Below, in pieces: positions 1 through 13,190 of a DNA stretch of 64,000 bases. The stretch covers positions 26,538,001 through 26,602,000 of the forward strand of contig NC_087436.1 of NCBI RefSeq assembly GCF_036321535.1, read 5' to 3'. The DNA is from Camelus dromedarius. Its lineage: Eukaryota. The notes under the pieces are model-generated. The model searched no databases and was not told the origin of the DNA. It worked only from the letters and a program-made list of their open reading frames with translations. The position numbers and the translations under genes are program-made. Position 1 is the first letter of the stretch. The number at the start of each line of letters is the position of its first letter.

Positions 1-1400
1 TGTGACTATTGTGCTGTTTAAAATGCCTTTTTCATATGGAGTTAAAATGCAACACAAAAAAGAAAAATGAGGAGAAAACAATAGAATGGAATAGGAAAGA
101 GACTATGAAAATTAGTGAAGAAAGATGAAGAGGAGAAAATAAACAAGATAGGAATATTTTAGCATATTTTCCCATGCCATTTTATAAACCCCATAAGATT
201 TAGAAAATAAGGCACTGCTTAATTGGAAAAATAGTCAATGTAATAAATTCCATCATTTCAATTTTCAAATTTTTCATTTTTATAAATATTCTTTTTAAGT
301 TTTTGACAAAAATGCAACAAATAACCTTTCTTCCTTCATGTGTTCCCTAAAATAATATACCTTTGCCTGTATGAGCGCACATTGCTGTGCTTTCTTTCTC
401 AAAAAAAGAAATTTAAATGTCTCATTAAAAAGCAGAAGAAGAAATGTACTTTTTCCTCTTATCACCAGTAACAAAAACTTCAAAAAAAGTTTGGTTCCAA
501 AGCGCCTCAATATGCAAGCTATCTATTTATACTAATTATTCAAGCCTTGAGAGACTGAAAACTAGAGATAGAATTCTCATGAGAAAAAACAAACTCTGTA
601 CATTACATATGAGATTTCCTAAAATTCACTGCTTCCATTCAGAGTATCTTCAGAAAGAATATCATGTTTGGTATTTTAATTTAGCTAATAACAATGATAA
701 CTGTTTATAATACAATAATAGCAATAGTAGTATATTTACAGAGATATTTCTTTAAATAGGCTATAATTACATCACTAAGTATGCAAAAAATGTCCTTCAA
801 ACATCCTTTCTCATCTTCTCTGAAACTAACAGAATAGAATACAATACTGGAACTAGTGTTTGATTTTTCATGTGACTTCGAAAAAGCCCAAAGATAAAAT
901 GTCTTAAATCCAGCGAACATGTTCTGCTATAATCTATAAGGGAAGTTTTTATGATGTTATCCTACCTTGCTTCTTTCCATTTTATCTGTCTCCATTTTGG
1001 GCACTCAATTTTCCCAAAGAGCTGAAGCAGAAGCAGCAGTTCAAATACAACTCTTTATCAAGTATCCACTTATGTTTAATTGTGTCCATATAAAATGTAA
1101 AATCCCACAGAATTTGACAACTTTAGGTCTTGTCTTAATTAAAATATAATAATGTTAGACTTCAGTTATTAAATCGAAGCCTTGCTATGTGACAATTTTA
1201 AAAAATCCTTTACTTTTAGAGTGTAGGCTTTGGTAGTCATCAAACAATTAAATTTGGAAAATAACTATTTTTTAATATAATTAGAATAATCTCCTTTCCT
1301 GTCATGCGTGAGGACCCCATTTATTAAACATTGGGAATGACTGTGTGTGTCTGTGTGTTAGCACACATTTTAAGTGGAGGCAAAAGAATATGGCAACTAG

Positions 1401-1782
1401 GGGGGCTTCAAGATGGTAGAATAGAAGGACACTGAGTTCATCTTCTCCCACAAATACATCAAAAATACATCTACAAAAATATATGTGGAACAAGTCTCAC
1501 AGAATACCTACTGAACTTTGGCAGATCTTGTACAAGTGGAACTACAAGGAAAATCATCATAAAACAGGGTCAACAAGGTCCAAGGTTCTACTGTATAGCA
1601 CAGGGAACTATATTCAATATCTTATAAGAGCCTATAATGAAAAAGAATGCAAAAAGGAATATATATATGTGTGTGTATATATACATATACATACACACAC
1701 ATACATATATATATAAAACTGAATCACTATGCTGTACACCAGAAATTAACACAACATTGTAAACTGACTATACTTCAATAAA
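1401..1782 (+). mobile_element. Internally deleted (bipartite) LINE-1: ~170 bp 5'UTR start fused to ~210 bp 3'UTR end
   Basis: 1401-1570 starts GGGGGCTTCAAGATGG..AGAAGGAC, resembling an L1 5' terminus with a YY1-type CAAGATGG. 1571-1782 is an L1 3'UTR (CTGTATAGCACAGGGAACTATATTCAATATC...ACTATACTTCAATAAAA) homologous to other L1 ends in this window. Flanked by AAAAG(A/T)ATATGGCAACTAG at 1382-1400 and 1783-1801 (19 bp, 1 mismatch). Confidence 0.8.
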
Positions 1783-2239
1783 AAAAGTATATGGCAACTA
1801 GAAAGTAAGAAGCCATTATTTGATATTATTGGAACTTTTTGAACGAATGGCAGAATTACAGGATTAAGCAGACTTCATGGACATGAAAGATTGAAAATGA
1901 GAGAAGAGAATGCTTTGATCACTACTGAAACCTCAGTTCCAAAAGACTGCCTAAACGTTGGATATGATGAATTAATAAATGTAGATAAGTGATTAGAAAA
2001 AGCAGTATCCATCATTCTACCCAATTTCTCTGCTAATCCTTACCCGTACAGGCCGGTTTACACTGTACTATATTAAAGTTTTCATGTTTCTAAGCTATTT
2101 TTGCAAGTGCTGACAATGTTCTAACTCTAGTCTTTCTTATTCCTTTTAACACAAATTAATCTCAGTCCCAGTATTGGAGAAAGCAACTTCTAACAACAGC
2201 TTCTCTGTCCTTTCTCACCCTCCCACCCAACTTACTCAC

Positions 2240-2383
2240 CTCCCCAACTGCATCTTGATTGTTAACACATATAGGCCCACAAAGTAATCACTTTGAAGCT
2301 TAGGTCCAGTCTCCCTGTAGTTCCCCGAGCATTTCTCATTAATAGAATTAACAGGTACACATGAAGCTCCTCGGTGTGGAGGC
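2240..2383 (-). other. Candidate internal exon (144 nt) of a minus-strand transcript
   Basis: Acceptor TCTTTGTCCCTCTTTTTTCTGCAACACCATCCAG| and donor GAG|GTGAGT; one open frame, product unrecognised. Confidence 0.35.
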
Positions 2384-4248
2384 CTGGATGGTGTTGCAGA
2401 AAAAAGAGGGACAAAGACTACCCCAGGCTGATTGGTGGTGGATTGCCTTAAAACTTCCTGCACCTAATATTGGTCTGAATTTATGAGCCCAGATTAGTGA
2501 TTGTTTTAGTTAACAAATGGGCCCTGGCAGAAATACCCTTGTAGGTAGGTTTAGGGACCCTAAAAGTGAATAAAATGACTTGTGAGCAAAAGGAACACAG
2601 TGAAGAGGCATTGGAAGAGATTCTTCACAGAAGTGTTTAACTTTTTGGATGCTTCTCCTCAATAGGAATATGTCATATTAGATACACAATTTTATTTATT
2701 CTTTAATCACCTTCAGCCTTTTAATACAGTTGACTGAACTCATGCATGTCTGTATGGTTTTGAAAATTCGAGAGATGGGGTCACTACATGCAGTTGTTAT
2801 CACTTGTTCATTCCCTCAGCTTGTCCCTGTGTCAGGTGACAATATTTTGACATGTGAGCAGATTCACATTATCATATTTTCATTTGTCCCATAGTTGTCA
2901 TCTTGTTCCTACATTCCTCTTGATTTCTTAACACATTTTAGCCAGTAGATAGAGACTCCCATGCTCTTTGTGTCAAGGGTAGAACATCCCAGAAGAATGG
3001 GGGAAAACAAGAAACTGTTTCTTAGCTTTTGGACTTTGATAATAGCCTCTGGGAGAAACAAAAGTTTCATTGCCACAGAAAACAAACATTCAGAAGAACT
3101 TAAGTGAGGTGTGAGCAAAGTTTCTCATACTAACCACTCCCTGTGTGGGAGATTAGAGGATCAGAGAAGAAGAAGAAAGAGCTAAGAGGCTGGTGGCACC
3201 CCTGGCTGGAGCCCTGAATCCTGACTTCACATTGCATCATCATGGGAAAGAGAGGATAACAAAAATCTCACATAGATTTGAGGGAATCTGAATTCAGATA
3301 AACTTTTAATTCCTTTTCTTGGCAAATTTCCAGGAAGCCCAGAGCAGATTCCAAACAGAAATTGTTGCAAGATGTGTTTAGCTGACAGGCTGTGGGACCC
3401 TTGGAGAGCTACCCCATGCCCTGCATGACAGAGGGCAGCAGAACAATTCTGATGGAACCCTGAACAGCCTGGAAGTTGTAAAGCCCCATAGATGTCGCCA
3501 TGAGTTTCTCGTATGTCCATCGTGATGGAGAAGCAGTAGAATGACCACGTGCACTAGAAAGGATAACTTGGCTTAATGAGGGTCAAATACAGAGACAAAA
3601 ATGACTATTGTTATGCAAAACAATGATGACTGTTGGCCTCCTTAGCAGAGTGCAGATTGCAGATTGCTACTAGAAGCAAAAGCATCTCAGCAGATACCAA
3701 GGTGTATTGTTAATGACTTAGATCAGATGGCAACCCCTAATCCCTTCAGGGAACACTGGTCCTATAGGAATGGGGGAAACTTTAAACTGCCCAAAATTAA
3801 TTTTCTTTCATCCTGTGGAATGGATGCTTATACTAGAAAGCCAGTTGGGTTATAGAAAATATAAAATTACCTTTCTTGCACTCCTGAGTTTTGTGACTAA
3901 ATTCAAACTCAGAATCTGCAGCTCTACAGAATCAGCCACATTTTCCCCAAGATGGTGCCAGAAGGGGTGAGTCCTTGGAGGAGCTGATGTAACTGGGAGG
4001 TACATGGGATGCAAGCCAGAAGCTGCCAAATGGACAACTTAGAGAGAGCTCAGAATAGACCCCAACTTTCAATCTATTCAATGGAAAAGAGAATTTCTAA
4101 AGATCTGCTTTAACCCCTTTAAGAGGGGTGGGGGGTGGGGGGTGATAAATACATTAAAGATAACACTGTTTACCTATTTACCTTTAAAAAGACACATTGT
4201 TAATAGTTAAGAGATCATGTATGTAAAGTACTTAGACTAGTTTCCTAC

Positions 4249-4737
4249 TGAGATGGTTAATTTTATGTGTAAACTGACTGGGCTAAGGGATACCCCAACA
4301 GCTGGTAAACCACTTTTTCTGGGTGTCTGTGAGGGTGTTTCTGGAAGAAATTAGCATTTGATTCAGTAGACTGAGTAAAGAGATCTGCCCTCACCCATGT
4401 GGATGAGCCTCTTCCAATTCTTTGTGGGCCTGGATAGAACAAAAGGGGAAGCAAGGATGAATTCTCTCTCTTCTTGAGCTGAGATGTCCATCTTTTCTCA
4501 CTTTCAACATTAGAGCTTCTGGTTCTCGGGCCTTTGGGCTTAGAATGAATTACACCGCCAGCTTTCCTGGTTTTGCAACTTGCAGAAGGCAGATCGTGGG
4601 ACTTCTTGTCCTCCATGATCATGTAAGCCGTTTCCTATTATAAATGTATATGTGTGTGTATATGTGTGTATATAAATGTGTGTGTGTATATGTATATAGC
4701 ATTGGTTCTATTTCTCAAGAGAACCCTGACTAATACA
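4249..4737 (+). mobile_element. MLT2-family (ERVL) solo LTR
   Basis: TG...CA termini; starts TGAGATGGTTAATTTTATGTGT, contains CTGGGTGTCTGTGAGGGTGTTTCTGGAAGA and ends AACCCTGACTAATACA; internal TG/TA microsatellite typical of MLT2. Confidence 0.85.
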
Positions 4738-5494
4738 TCTCCGCGTAAGCAGGTACACACATTCTCTTAGTTTCCCTTGTAATTTTCTTCAGAGATGGAT
4801 CTAGAGTCAAGCAGAAAGCTTTGCATTTTTGTTTTCTTTTGATAGTGGGAAGGAAAATGAGAAAAGGCAATTGAGGGATCAGTAAGTCAACCTAAGAGTT
4901 TTAATTTTCAAGAACTAACTTTAAAAAATAGCTAAAAAGCCAGAATCCATTAAAGAAAGTCAACCAAATGTGTATAAAATGCACATATACTTTATTTTAC
5001 ACATTTCTATTTTTATGTAAGAGAATGTGTTTTTCTAATCATTCTCATTTGCCTGCTCATTGAGCTGTTCATTCATTTTAAACTGTTCTGCGTTTCCCTC
5101 TGCAAGAAATTCTGAGTGGGTAATTTTGATTAGTAGCTCATTATGCATACACATCTTTATATTCTTATTTTCAACTGTTACAGTTTTACTTTTTTATTTT
5201 AATATGACTTTTCATTTTATAACTTGTGAATTAGGCCAGCCTCTTTGATGTGAGTCACTAATGCAGAGATTTGATTATTTTACATTGACAAAGGTATGAA
5301 AATACATTCATTTATTCCTTTAATAGGAAATGTCACACCATAGGGATTTAATAAGTAATCATACAAGAGAAAATGAAGGTATATCAGTGTCTCTGTTAAG
5401 TAAAAGCAACAAGTCATGTAATTTTTATCTTTGTGAAGAAATAGGTTTTCTTGGAGATAATGGCATAAGAAACATCCAGAAGATTTTAAAGAGA

Positions 5495-6064
5495 ATGATG
5501 GGTAGAATGAATAGTCCATTGCACCCGGTATGGCTCTATGATAGCATCTGGCAATCTCGCTGATCTCCATGGTGGCCACGTAGGGAAGACTCAACCACGG
5601 TCTGAACCAAGTGTTAGTGGAATGTGCTGGCATCCTCCCTGCAACATGGTGAGATAGGGGCTGTCACAAGGCTGTTTCTTGGTTACCTCCTATCTTGCAG
5701 GAGTCTATTAGGAGGCAGTTTCTCATCTGCCTCCTTAGTTCCATCAGTATTGGGACTTTCTGTCTTGCCCTCATTCGGGTATGGCTGCAGACTGTAAAAC
5801 TGCTTGACTGTGAGTTGGCTCCCTCAAGACAGAGCTTTCACACTCATCTTGTCTATCATCTGGCTCCTTCTGTTTGATGTGGGCTGTAGAACCAGGGATG
5901 TGAGAAATTGACATCACTGACTGTGGTTTTGCTGTCTGTGAAAGGAATAAACTTGCCAACTCCATTTGGGCTCATTGTAACCATTTCAGACGAATCTCTG
6001 TAAGTACCACAAGCTATCCTGACAGCTGCCAACAGTTTGCTGCGTAGGGACTGATTGCTTGACT
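5495..6064 (+). mobile_element. ERVL LTR of the MER54/MER73/MER74-like group
   Basis: 3' portion AATAAAC...ATTTGGGCTCATTGT...GAATCT...CAGCTGCC...TAGGGACTG...GCTTGAC resembles my recollection of the MER74-group 3' end; boundaries approximate. Confidence 0.55.
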
Positions 6065-6126
6065 GGCACAGAGATTATAATAATAATCTACAACTGGCAC
6101 AGAGATCATAACTAATAATAATCTAC
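6062..6126. repeat. Imperfect ~31-bp tandem duplication
   Basis: ACTGGCACAGAGAT(T/C)ATAA...TAATAATCTAC occurs twice (6062-6091, 6093-6126). Confidence 0.75.
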
Positions 6127-6577
6127 TATAACTAAAAACAACGTACATGATTGTTTTTGTCATGGCCTGTGCAGATCATAGGACCCCTCTCTGTTGCTTC
6201 ATTTATAATAATCTTTATTTATTTTCATATATTTCCCTCTGTGTATTTATTCCTTTCTTCAAGCACATGATGTTTTCTTTTGTTTTCCTAGATGGATTGA
6301 GATTTCATCATTTATCTTCTTTCCGCATATGAACATGTACACACTCATGGATATTTACCAAAATGGTAAACACAGTATGACCACAAATGTTAAAAATAAT
6401 CCCATGCAGTAAAAGGAGGAACTACGGTACATTCTTTTTTATGGGGGGATGGTGGCGGTGGATAATCTCTTTAATCATTTCTCTATCCTCTACTAATAAA
6501 ATGATCAGCAATTATTTTCCTTTTCTTTCCAGTTAGTAAACCCATTTCCTTCTGAAGCTTATCACTGTACTTTCACT

Positions 6578-6801
6578 TTTTTTTCTAAATTGAACTAGAG
6601 TCAGTTTACAATGTTGTGTCAATTTCTGGTGTACAGCATAATGTTTCAGTCATAATACATGCATATATTTGTTTTCATATTCTTTTTTCATGAGGTTACT
6701 ACTAGATATTGAATATAGCTCCCTGTGCTATACAGTATGAACCTGTTGTTTATCTATTTTATATATAGTAGTTAGTGTGTGCAAATCTCGAACTCCCAGT
6801 T
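6578..6801 (-). mobile_element. Young 5'-truncated L1 (3'UTR only)
   Basis: Poly-T followed by GTCAGTTTACAATGTTGTGTCAATTTCTGGTGTACAGC; TSD TGTACTTT(C/T)ACT at 6566-6577 and 6802-6813. Confidence 0.9.
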
Positions 6802-7799
6802 TGTACTTTTACTCTTGACCTCATCTTTGTTTTCTGCTTCTGAGAACAATTAGACTTTTAAAGTCTTGCATTGTCTTTTATGTTTAATACTTCCTTTTCT
6901 TCTAGGTCATTTGTATATCATATAATGATGGTCAGAGTCATTTATCATTATAAAAATAAATAAACAAGAATCAAACAACATTTATCAAACTGGAAAAAAT
7001 CACTTAGCTTAAATCCAGTGCCTGTCTTTTCTTTTATTACCAAATTTCTTGAAGAGTGAAAAGTAGCCTACACTCACTGGTCCCCGGTGTGTACCTCCCA
7101 CTCGTTTTTTACCCCACCATAATCACTGTGTACTCCATGCACTCTGCTGAATAAGTGAATAGGTTACAAATGACTAATCACAATTTCTCAGCCTTCTTAT
7201 TACATGGATTTGCTTATTCTAGATTTTTATCTAAGTGTACATCTACTGTTTTTAAATATGCTCTTTTAGCTTCTCCTTTGTCTTTCCCTAAATACAGAAT
7301 TTTTCCATTTCTTTACTCTTCTTTTTAATCACTTCCCTTCCTTGGAGATCTCTAGTTCCCTAGCTTTAACAATTACTAAATTACATTTTTAGGTATTTAT
7401 GGAAAGTTTTTATTGGGTACCTTAATAGCCCCTTAAAATTAATATCCCCAAACACTGTCCAACATCTTCAATGCCCATCTGCCTCTCTTATGCATTCTTT
7501 ATTTCTATGATAAATATGTCTATTTTTTCCAGTCCTTCTAGAACCATCATTCAAGCTGTTTTTACTCTCAGTTATCAACTATGCCCCCATCCATCTGACA
7601 CATTCTCCTTAATTTTCTTAATTTACTTTCCCAGTGTCCCCTGACACAATCTCATCTTTTCATTCATCACTGTCACTCTCCTAAATTAGGCTTTCATGAC
7701 AACTCTTAAAATAGGCCCTTCATTGGCCAGCGTATTGCCAATATCCCTTCATGTCCTACATCTTATACGCTTCTATGTCGGATACACTTGTTTATATGC

Positions 7800-8680
7800 A
7801 CACAACCACCACCTTCCCCTCTACTGGGAAAGTCCCGACGCTGCTTTGGTGTTTACTAGCCCTTGTCCGTAGGAACAACAGCTTTCTGTAGTGCCTTTGA
7901 TTTCATCATAACTGGTCCAGGGCAGTTGTGTTTGTTTTATTTCCTTGGCATGATTGTTTTTTGTCATGGCCAGTGGCTTTTTTAGCAAATTGTACCTGAT
8001 GGGAAATCTGTACGCTTCTAGGATAGGTTTTGCTTATGGACTAAAAGAGATTCAAGATTGAAAATGCCCATTTTTAATAGGACATCAGCTTTCTGCCTGT
8101 GAGGCTTCGAACTGGTGTAGCTATTTTTCATCCATGAAGGGAAACATCACCTGCACATGGGGATGACGAGGCAGACTGATAGAAAGCTTCCGGTCTTTGA
8201 TGAAATGACTGTGCTATTGAATTTGCAAACCCTCTGTCTACACTATGTCTAGGAGCTCTTTTTTCCCCCCATATGTATCAGTTATTCTGCTTTAACCTTG
8301 TAAGCTGCACATTAATAGGGTTATTTATTTATTTAAAATTGAGGTAAAATTAGTTTATCACATTATATAAGCTTCCTATATACATTATATTTTGACTTTG
8401 TTTGCACTACGGCGTACGCACCGCCAAACATCTAGTTGCCATCCATCATGTACAGTTGACCCCTCTTTACCCGTTTTACCCCCTCCACCCCCTCCCCTCT
8501 GGGAACCTGATTCCCTGTATCTACATGTTTTTGTTTTGTTTGCTTTGTTCATTTATTTTATTTTCCACCTATAAGTGAAATCATATAATCTAGTAACATA
8601 ACGAATCAGTTACATTTAAAACCTTTTCAGATGAGTTAAGTTGGTTTATGTGGGGCTGTTATTTAGAGCCAAAGCATATC
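7800..8680 (+). mobile_element. Degraded MLT1 (MaLR, J/K/L-like) LTR interrupted by an L1 fragment
   Basis: Motifs CCATGAAGGGAA, GGTCTTTGATGA...CTATTGAATT..CAAACCCT and terminal TGTTATTTAGAGCCAAAGCAT resemble old MLT1; boundaries approximate. Confidence 0.5.
8321..8587 (-). mobile_element. L1 3'UTR fragment (L1MA-like)
   Basis: (TTTA)n tail, then TTGAGGTAAAATT...CATCCATCATGTACAGTTGACCCC...TTCCACCTATAAGTGAAATCATA. Confidence 0.75.
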
Positions 8681-10289
8681 TGTTGCAAGTCAGGTCACTT
8701 TAGTCTATGGCTTTAATTGTTCTCTAGTTCTTTTAGAATAAAGGATAATCTTAGCAATGTATTTAAGGACCTGTATGAACTGGACACAGCATACCTTTCT
8801 TCCAAAACTTCCAAAACTACTCTTTACAACTTTTCTGCTCCATCCAGAATAATTCATTAATTCACTGTTCTTGAACATACTTTAGAATCTTTCCCTCATT
8901 TGCCTTGAAGCACTTTCTTCTTCCATTTGAGGTAGCTTCCCCCTCCTTCAAAGCTCAATTTTCTGTTGCAATCATTATGATCTTCTAAGGTTAAGTTCAA
9001 AGACCACAATACTCATGAAGTCACCCTGTTCCTCTGGTTGGAATATAAAATCTCTGCATCTGTTGGGTATCCATATCATGTGGTAATTGTATTCTAGCAC
9101 CTGTCACAGTCACTCTTGTAACATGAAATTTCATGCATTGTGCCCTTTTTTCTCTTTGTAGTTTCAGTTATACTTAGCAATGCACCTACCTTTAGGAAGT
9201 TGTCAGTAAAAAGTGTGCTCTGTGCCTGAAATGGGGCAAGTTAAAAAATAAAACAAAACTTTGAAAGCTTAGCCCAAGGAAAAGTAAAGGACACTTGCTG
9301 AAACTTAATCCTACTTTAGGACACGGAGATTGTGATTTTGGATTTATCTCAGGGAGATTTTATATTGTATACCAGAATACATTTACACAAATGTTCATTT
9401 TAGTGTTGTTTGTAATATGAAAAAAATTAAAATTACTTAAGTGTCCTTCCATAAAATAATGAGAAAAAAACTTTAATTCATACAATTATATGTTAATGTG
9501 TCAACATAGATAGATCTTAAAAACTTAATACAGGATATGTAGAGAAAATTGTGTAACATAAAATTTAATTTAGAAATTTCAAAATTAAGAGAATAACCAG
9601 TATCAGGAAGGAGATCTGGAACAACCACCTTGACTTCAAGGAAAGAAAGATTTCACAACTATAAACTGAGAAACACACAATTCTTTTCTTAGGGCAGCAA
9701 AGGAAAAGGATATCTCTTACTAGCTGACATTTGTGAGCTATCATGCTATCCACAGAACATGAAAATTGTGCATCTTCTCAGCTCCCTCAGTATGACTTAG
9801 CTAATCTGCATATCAACTCACTATAGTCTTCCTTCCTATGACACTGAGACTATGGTCTTGGAGAGAGAAGTTTTTTTCTCCCTATTCAGGGCTAATTATT
9901 TTTCCTGTGCTTTAGGTATCATCCACCATACTGTCTTGGGAACTTTCCACCCACAATTATTTATTCACCCCTTCTTGTTTTAACTTCTACTAATAATGAG
10001 CTTTGTTTTCTATTTATGGTTTATAAACACCTCTTTCTCTCCCGTGCTCCTTTTTTTTTCTCCCTGGGTCATAAATAAGTTAAAGGAGGTGTTTTGTACA
10101 TGTTGCTCTCATTGTCTACATTACCGTTTACTCCCCAGTTCACAGCTGTATCCTTTTATTCTAGCATTTATGTGGCTATTATAGCATCTCCCCAGAAATC
10201 CTGTTGACCAAATTCAGTAAACACTCTCTGGTCGTTATTTTTTTATTTGACCATTCTCATAACCAAAACCCTGTTTTTAACCTGTCTTT

Positions 10290-11300
10290 TTTTTGGGTAA
10301 ATGTTTTGTTTTAGATTTACAGAAAAGTTGAAAGGATAGTTCAGAGGGTGCTTATATGCCCCACACTCAATTTCCCCTATTATTAATATCTTAAGTTAGT
10401 ATAGCATATTTGTCACAATTAGTGAAATAATATTGACTTATTATTATTAAAGTCCGTTCTGGGCCAGGATCCCATCCAGTATAGTCCATCACTTGAGCTG
10501 ACATAGCTCCATAGGCTTTTCTTGGTTGTGTCGGTCTCTCAGAATTTCCTTGTTTTTTGAGACCTTAACAGTTTTGAGGAGTACTGCTTTGCTATATTGT
10601 AAAATATCCCTCAATTTGGGATTGGTCTGCTGTTTGTCTTATGACTAGATTAAGGTTATAGGTTTTTGGAGAGAGATCATAGAGGTAAAGTGCCATTCTC
10701 ATCACATTATATCAAGGGTGCATATTAGCAACATAATTTATCACTGTTGATATTAACACTGATCAAGGTTAACATTACTATAAAGTTACTCTCTCCCCAG
10801 TCCCTTTCCACACCATAGTCTTTAGGAGGCAGTCACTGAGCACAGACCACACTTAGAGCAGGGAGTCATGTTCTGCATCCTGAAGACAGAGTATCTACAT
10901 ATATTATTTGTAATTCTTCTGCACAGGAATGTTGTCTATTTTCCCCTATCATTTATTTATTTAATAATTTATTTATCTCAGTATGGACTCATGGATATTT
11001 ATTTTATACTTTTGAGTTATAATCCAGTACAACTTTCTTTATTTTGTTGCTTAAATTGTTCCAGCTTTGGTCCTTCGGAGTTCTTTCAGTTGACTCCTGT
11101 GTCCCTTTGGTTTATCCCCATCATTGTGTTTTCGTTTTCTTCCTCTTTTGTGAGCATGCCCTTACTTTGTGGCACTATGAAGATGCTCCAAATTCATTGT
11201 GTATCTTTCCTGTCCTAGATCGAGGGCCTGATCTAGTTCCAGAGGCCTTGTTTCCTGATATTGGAAAATGGTACTAGAAACCAAATCTGGGTGCTAGTTG
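10290..11300 (-). mobile_element. Old L1MC-type 3' region
   Basis: TTTAGATTTACAGAAAAGTTG..GATAGT; AGAGGTAAAGTGCCATTCTCATCACATTATATCAAGGGT; GTATGGACTCATGGATATTTATTTTATAC; GGAAAATGGTACTAGAAACCAA. Confidence 0.8.
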
Positions 11301-12169
11301 TGGCATCCTTTATTTTTTTCATTGTTTCTTCCCTTTTTTGTAGTTTCCTCTCCATTTTTTTAAAGTTCCCTTTCCTTCTGCCTACCCCCACTTCCTCCCC
11401 CTGCCCTCCTTTTTTCTGTTCTCTAGATATTTATCCTTATTCTTCTTCTCCTGCATTCATTGCCTCTCCTGAGTGACCTTCCCATTAGAGGACACCAATT
11501 ATCCTCTTATATTCACAATTCAGCAAATATGGAGATGGGGCTACCTTCTCCATTAAGAGGAAGTCGTATCAAGGTTTCTCCTGTTCATCCCTTAATCAGA
11601 CAGTTTCTAAACAAGGCACTTAATTCCCCTCTATACCTGTCTACTTGCAAACAGACTGTAATAGGAGATGAGTGAGAGCTTGATATCTATTAGGTAATGT
11701 TTTACATAAGGCAGAGCTGAGATATTGAGACTGCGTGGCTATTCCTGGCATGTCTTCTATTATTCTTTCCACCACCTGTGCTGGCATAGGGCGCTTGTCT
11801 TGGAATTCTGGTCTCCGTGCTAAGATGCCTCTGGATGTTGCAACAAGTCCTCCTTTTGCTGTGCTCCAGCTTTTCAGCCTAGGACTTAATGTGTAAACTC
11901 TAACAGTGGACAAGTCCTTTGAGGTTTCTATTCTCATCCAGGCCCACTTGTATTCTCATTTCTAACCTCACTAAGTAGCCCTACATCTTGGGATTTGGAG
12001 CATCTACTTGGCCCATTTATAAAATGGATACTTTAATCCCAATTTGGGTCCTTCAATTAGCTCTTGGTTAGAACACTGCTGAGTAGAAAGAATGACTCTT
12101 AAAGTCTCTAATTTTAACACTTATCTTGTCCCATGATTTAAATACACACTTCTATATTTTTTATTAATG

Positions 12170-13190
12170 AATATGTATGTCTAGTCTAAATCACTTCCCA
12201 AAAACTAAAAATTGAGATTTTTATATATGAATCAGTTATTCAGGTGTTCCATAGGCATTGAAAAATTACTATGTCCAAGCTTTGCTCAAACTCTCTGTCT
12301 CACTTTTTTTCTCTCCCTGTGTCCTATACCATGGTGACTGTCCTCCCTATTCACCTACCCCTCAAGCAGGAAGCAGGGAACCCAGGCTTAACACCTTGCT
12401 TTTTCCACTCCCTAATCCAGTGATTAAAAGGTCCAGTTAATTCTCCTTCTCTAATGTCTCTTAAATTTTATGCTTTTATTTTACTATTACTGTTAGGGAA
12501 GCTTGTTTAGATTAGCATACAGACTCTCAATTCCCTTTCGTGCCTTCAGTTATAACTTCCCTAATTTATTCTCTGCACTACTGTCAGTTTCATTGTTTCC
12601 AAATATATATAAAGTAATCATAGTACTCTATTGCATTGTCTTCAGGACAAAGTTAACTTCTCTTTCTTTCTTTCTTTCTCTCCTTCCTTCATCATTTCCT
12701 TTTTTTTTTTTTTTAAATCATAGCAAATAAGACACTCAGCTAGTTCCAACCATATCCCTCATACTCTGACATGAATACTTGACTTCAATTGTCCGGAAAC
12801 ACATACATTTCATAAAATGAATTATGCTTCTCCTGCCTCAGTGCTTTTTGACATAGTATTTCCTTTGCCTGGAATGCTCTTCCCTCTCCATGCCTTTGTT
12901 AATTTTCCTTATACTTGTGGTTCACTCACTAAACTGTTAAGACTTAGTTCTACTTACCTACTAAGACCCACCTACCTGTGAAATTTGAGGGAATGAACAC
13001 TTTCTCTGGGCTTCCAGAGTTCTCACTATGTGCCTAACTCTATTACAGCTCTCCTAGATTTAGACAATCTGTATTTATTATCTGTGTATTATAACTAAGG
13101 GAAACCAATGAAATTCATTCTAGTGTTAATTGCAAAGTTGGGTATATTGGGTATGATTGATAAATGTTTGCTGAGTAAATGAATAAACAG
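12170..13190 (+). mobile_element. LINE-2 remnant with 3' end
   Basis: TTCCTTTGCCTGGAATGCTCTTCCC and terminal GATAAATGTTTGCTGAGTAAATGAATAAA; boundaries approximate. Confidence 0.6.

Noticed and set aside
440..900. Possible hAT transposase remnant (vague resemblance to the C-terminal dimerisation region)
   Set aside because: No convincing motif in any frame and no terminal inverted repeats found.
3020..4140. Possible ancient Gypsy-like LTR, with a perfect GAS motif TTCCAGGAA near 3328
   Set aside because: I could not fix boundaries or diagnostic motifs, and a single 9-mer is expected by chance.
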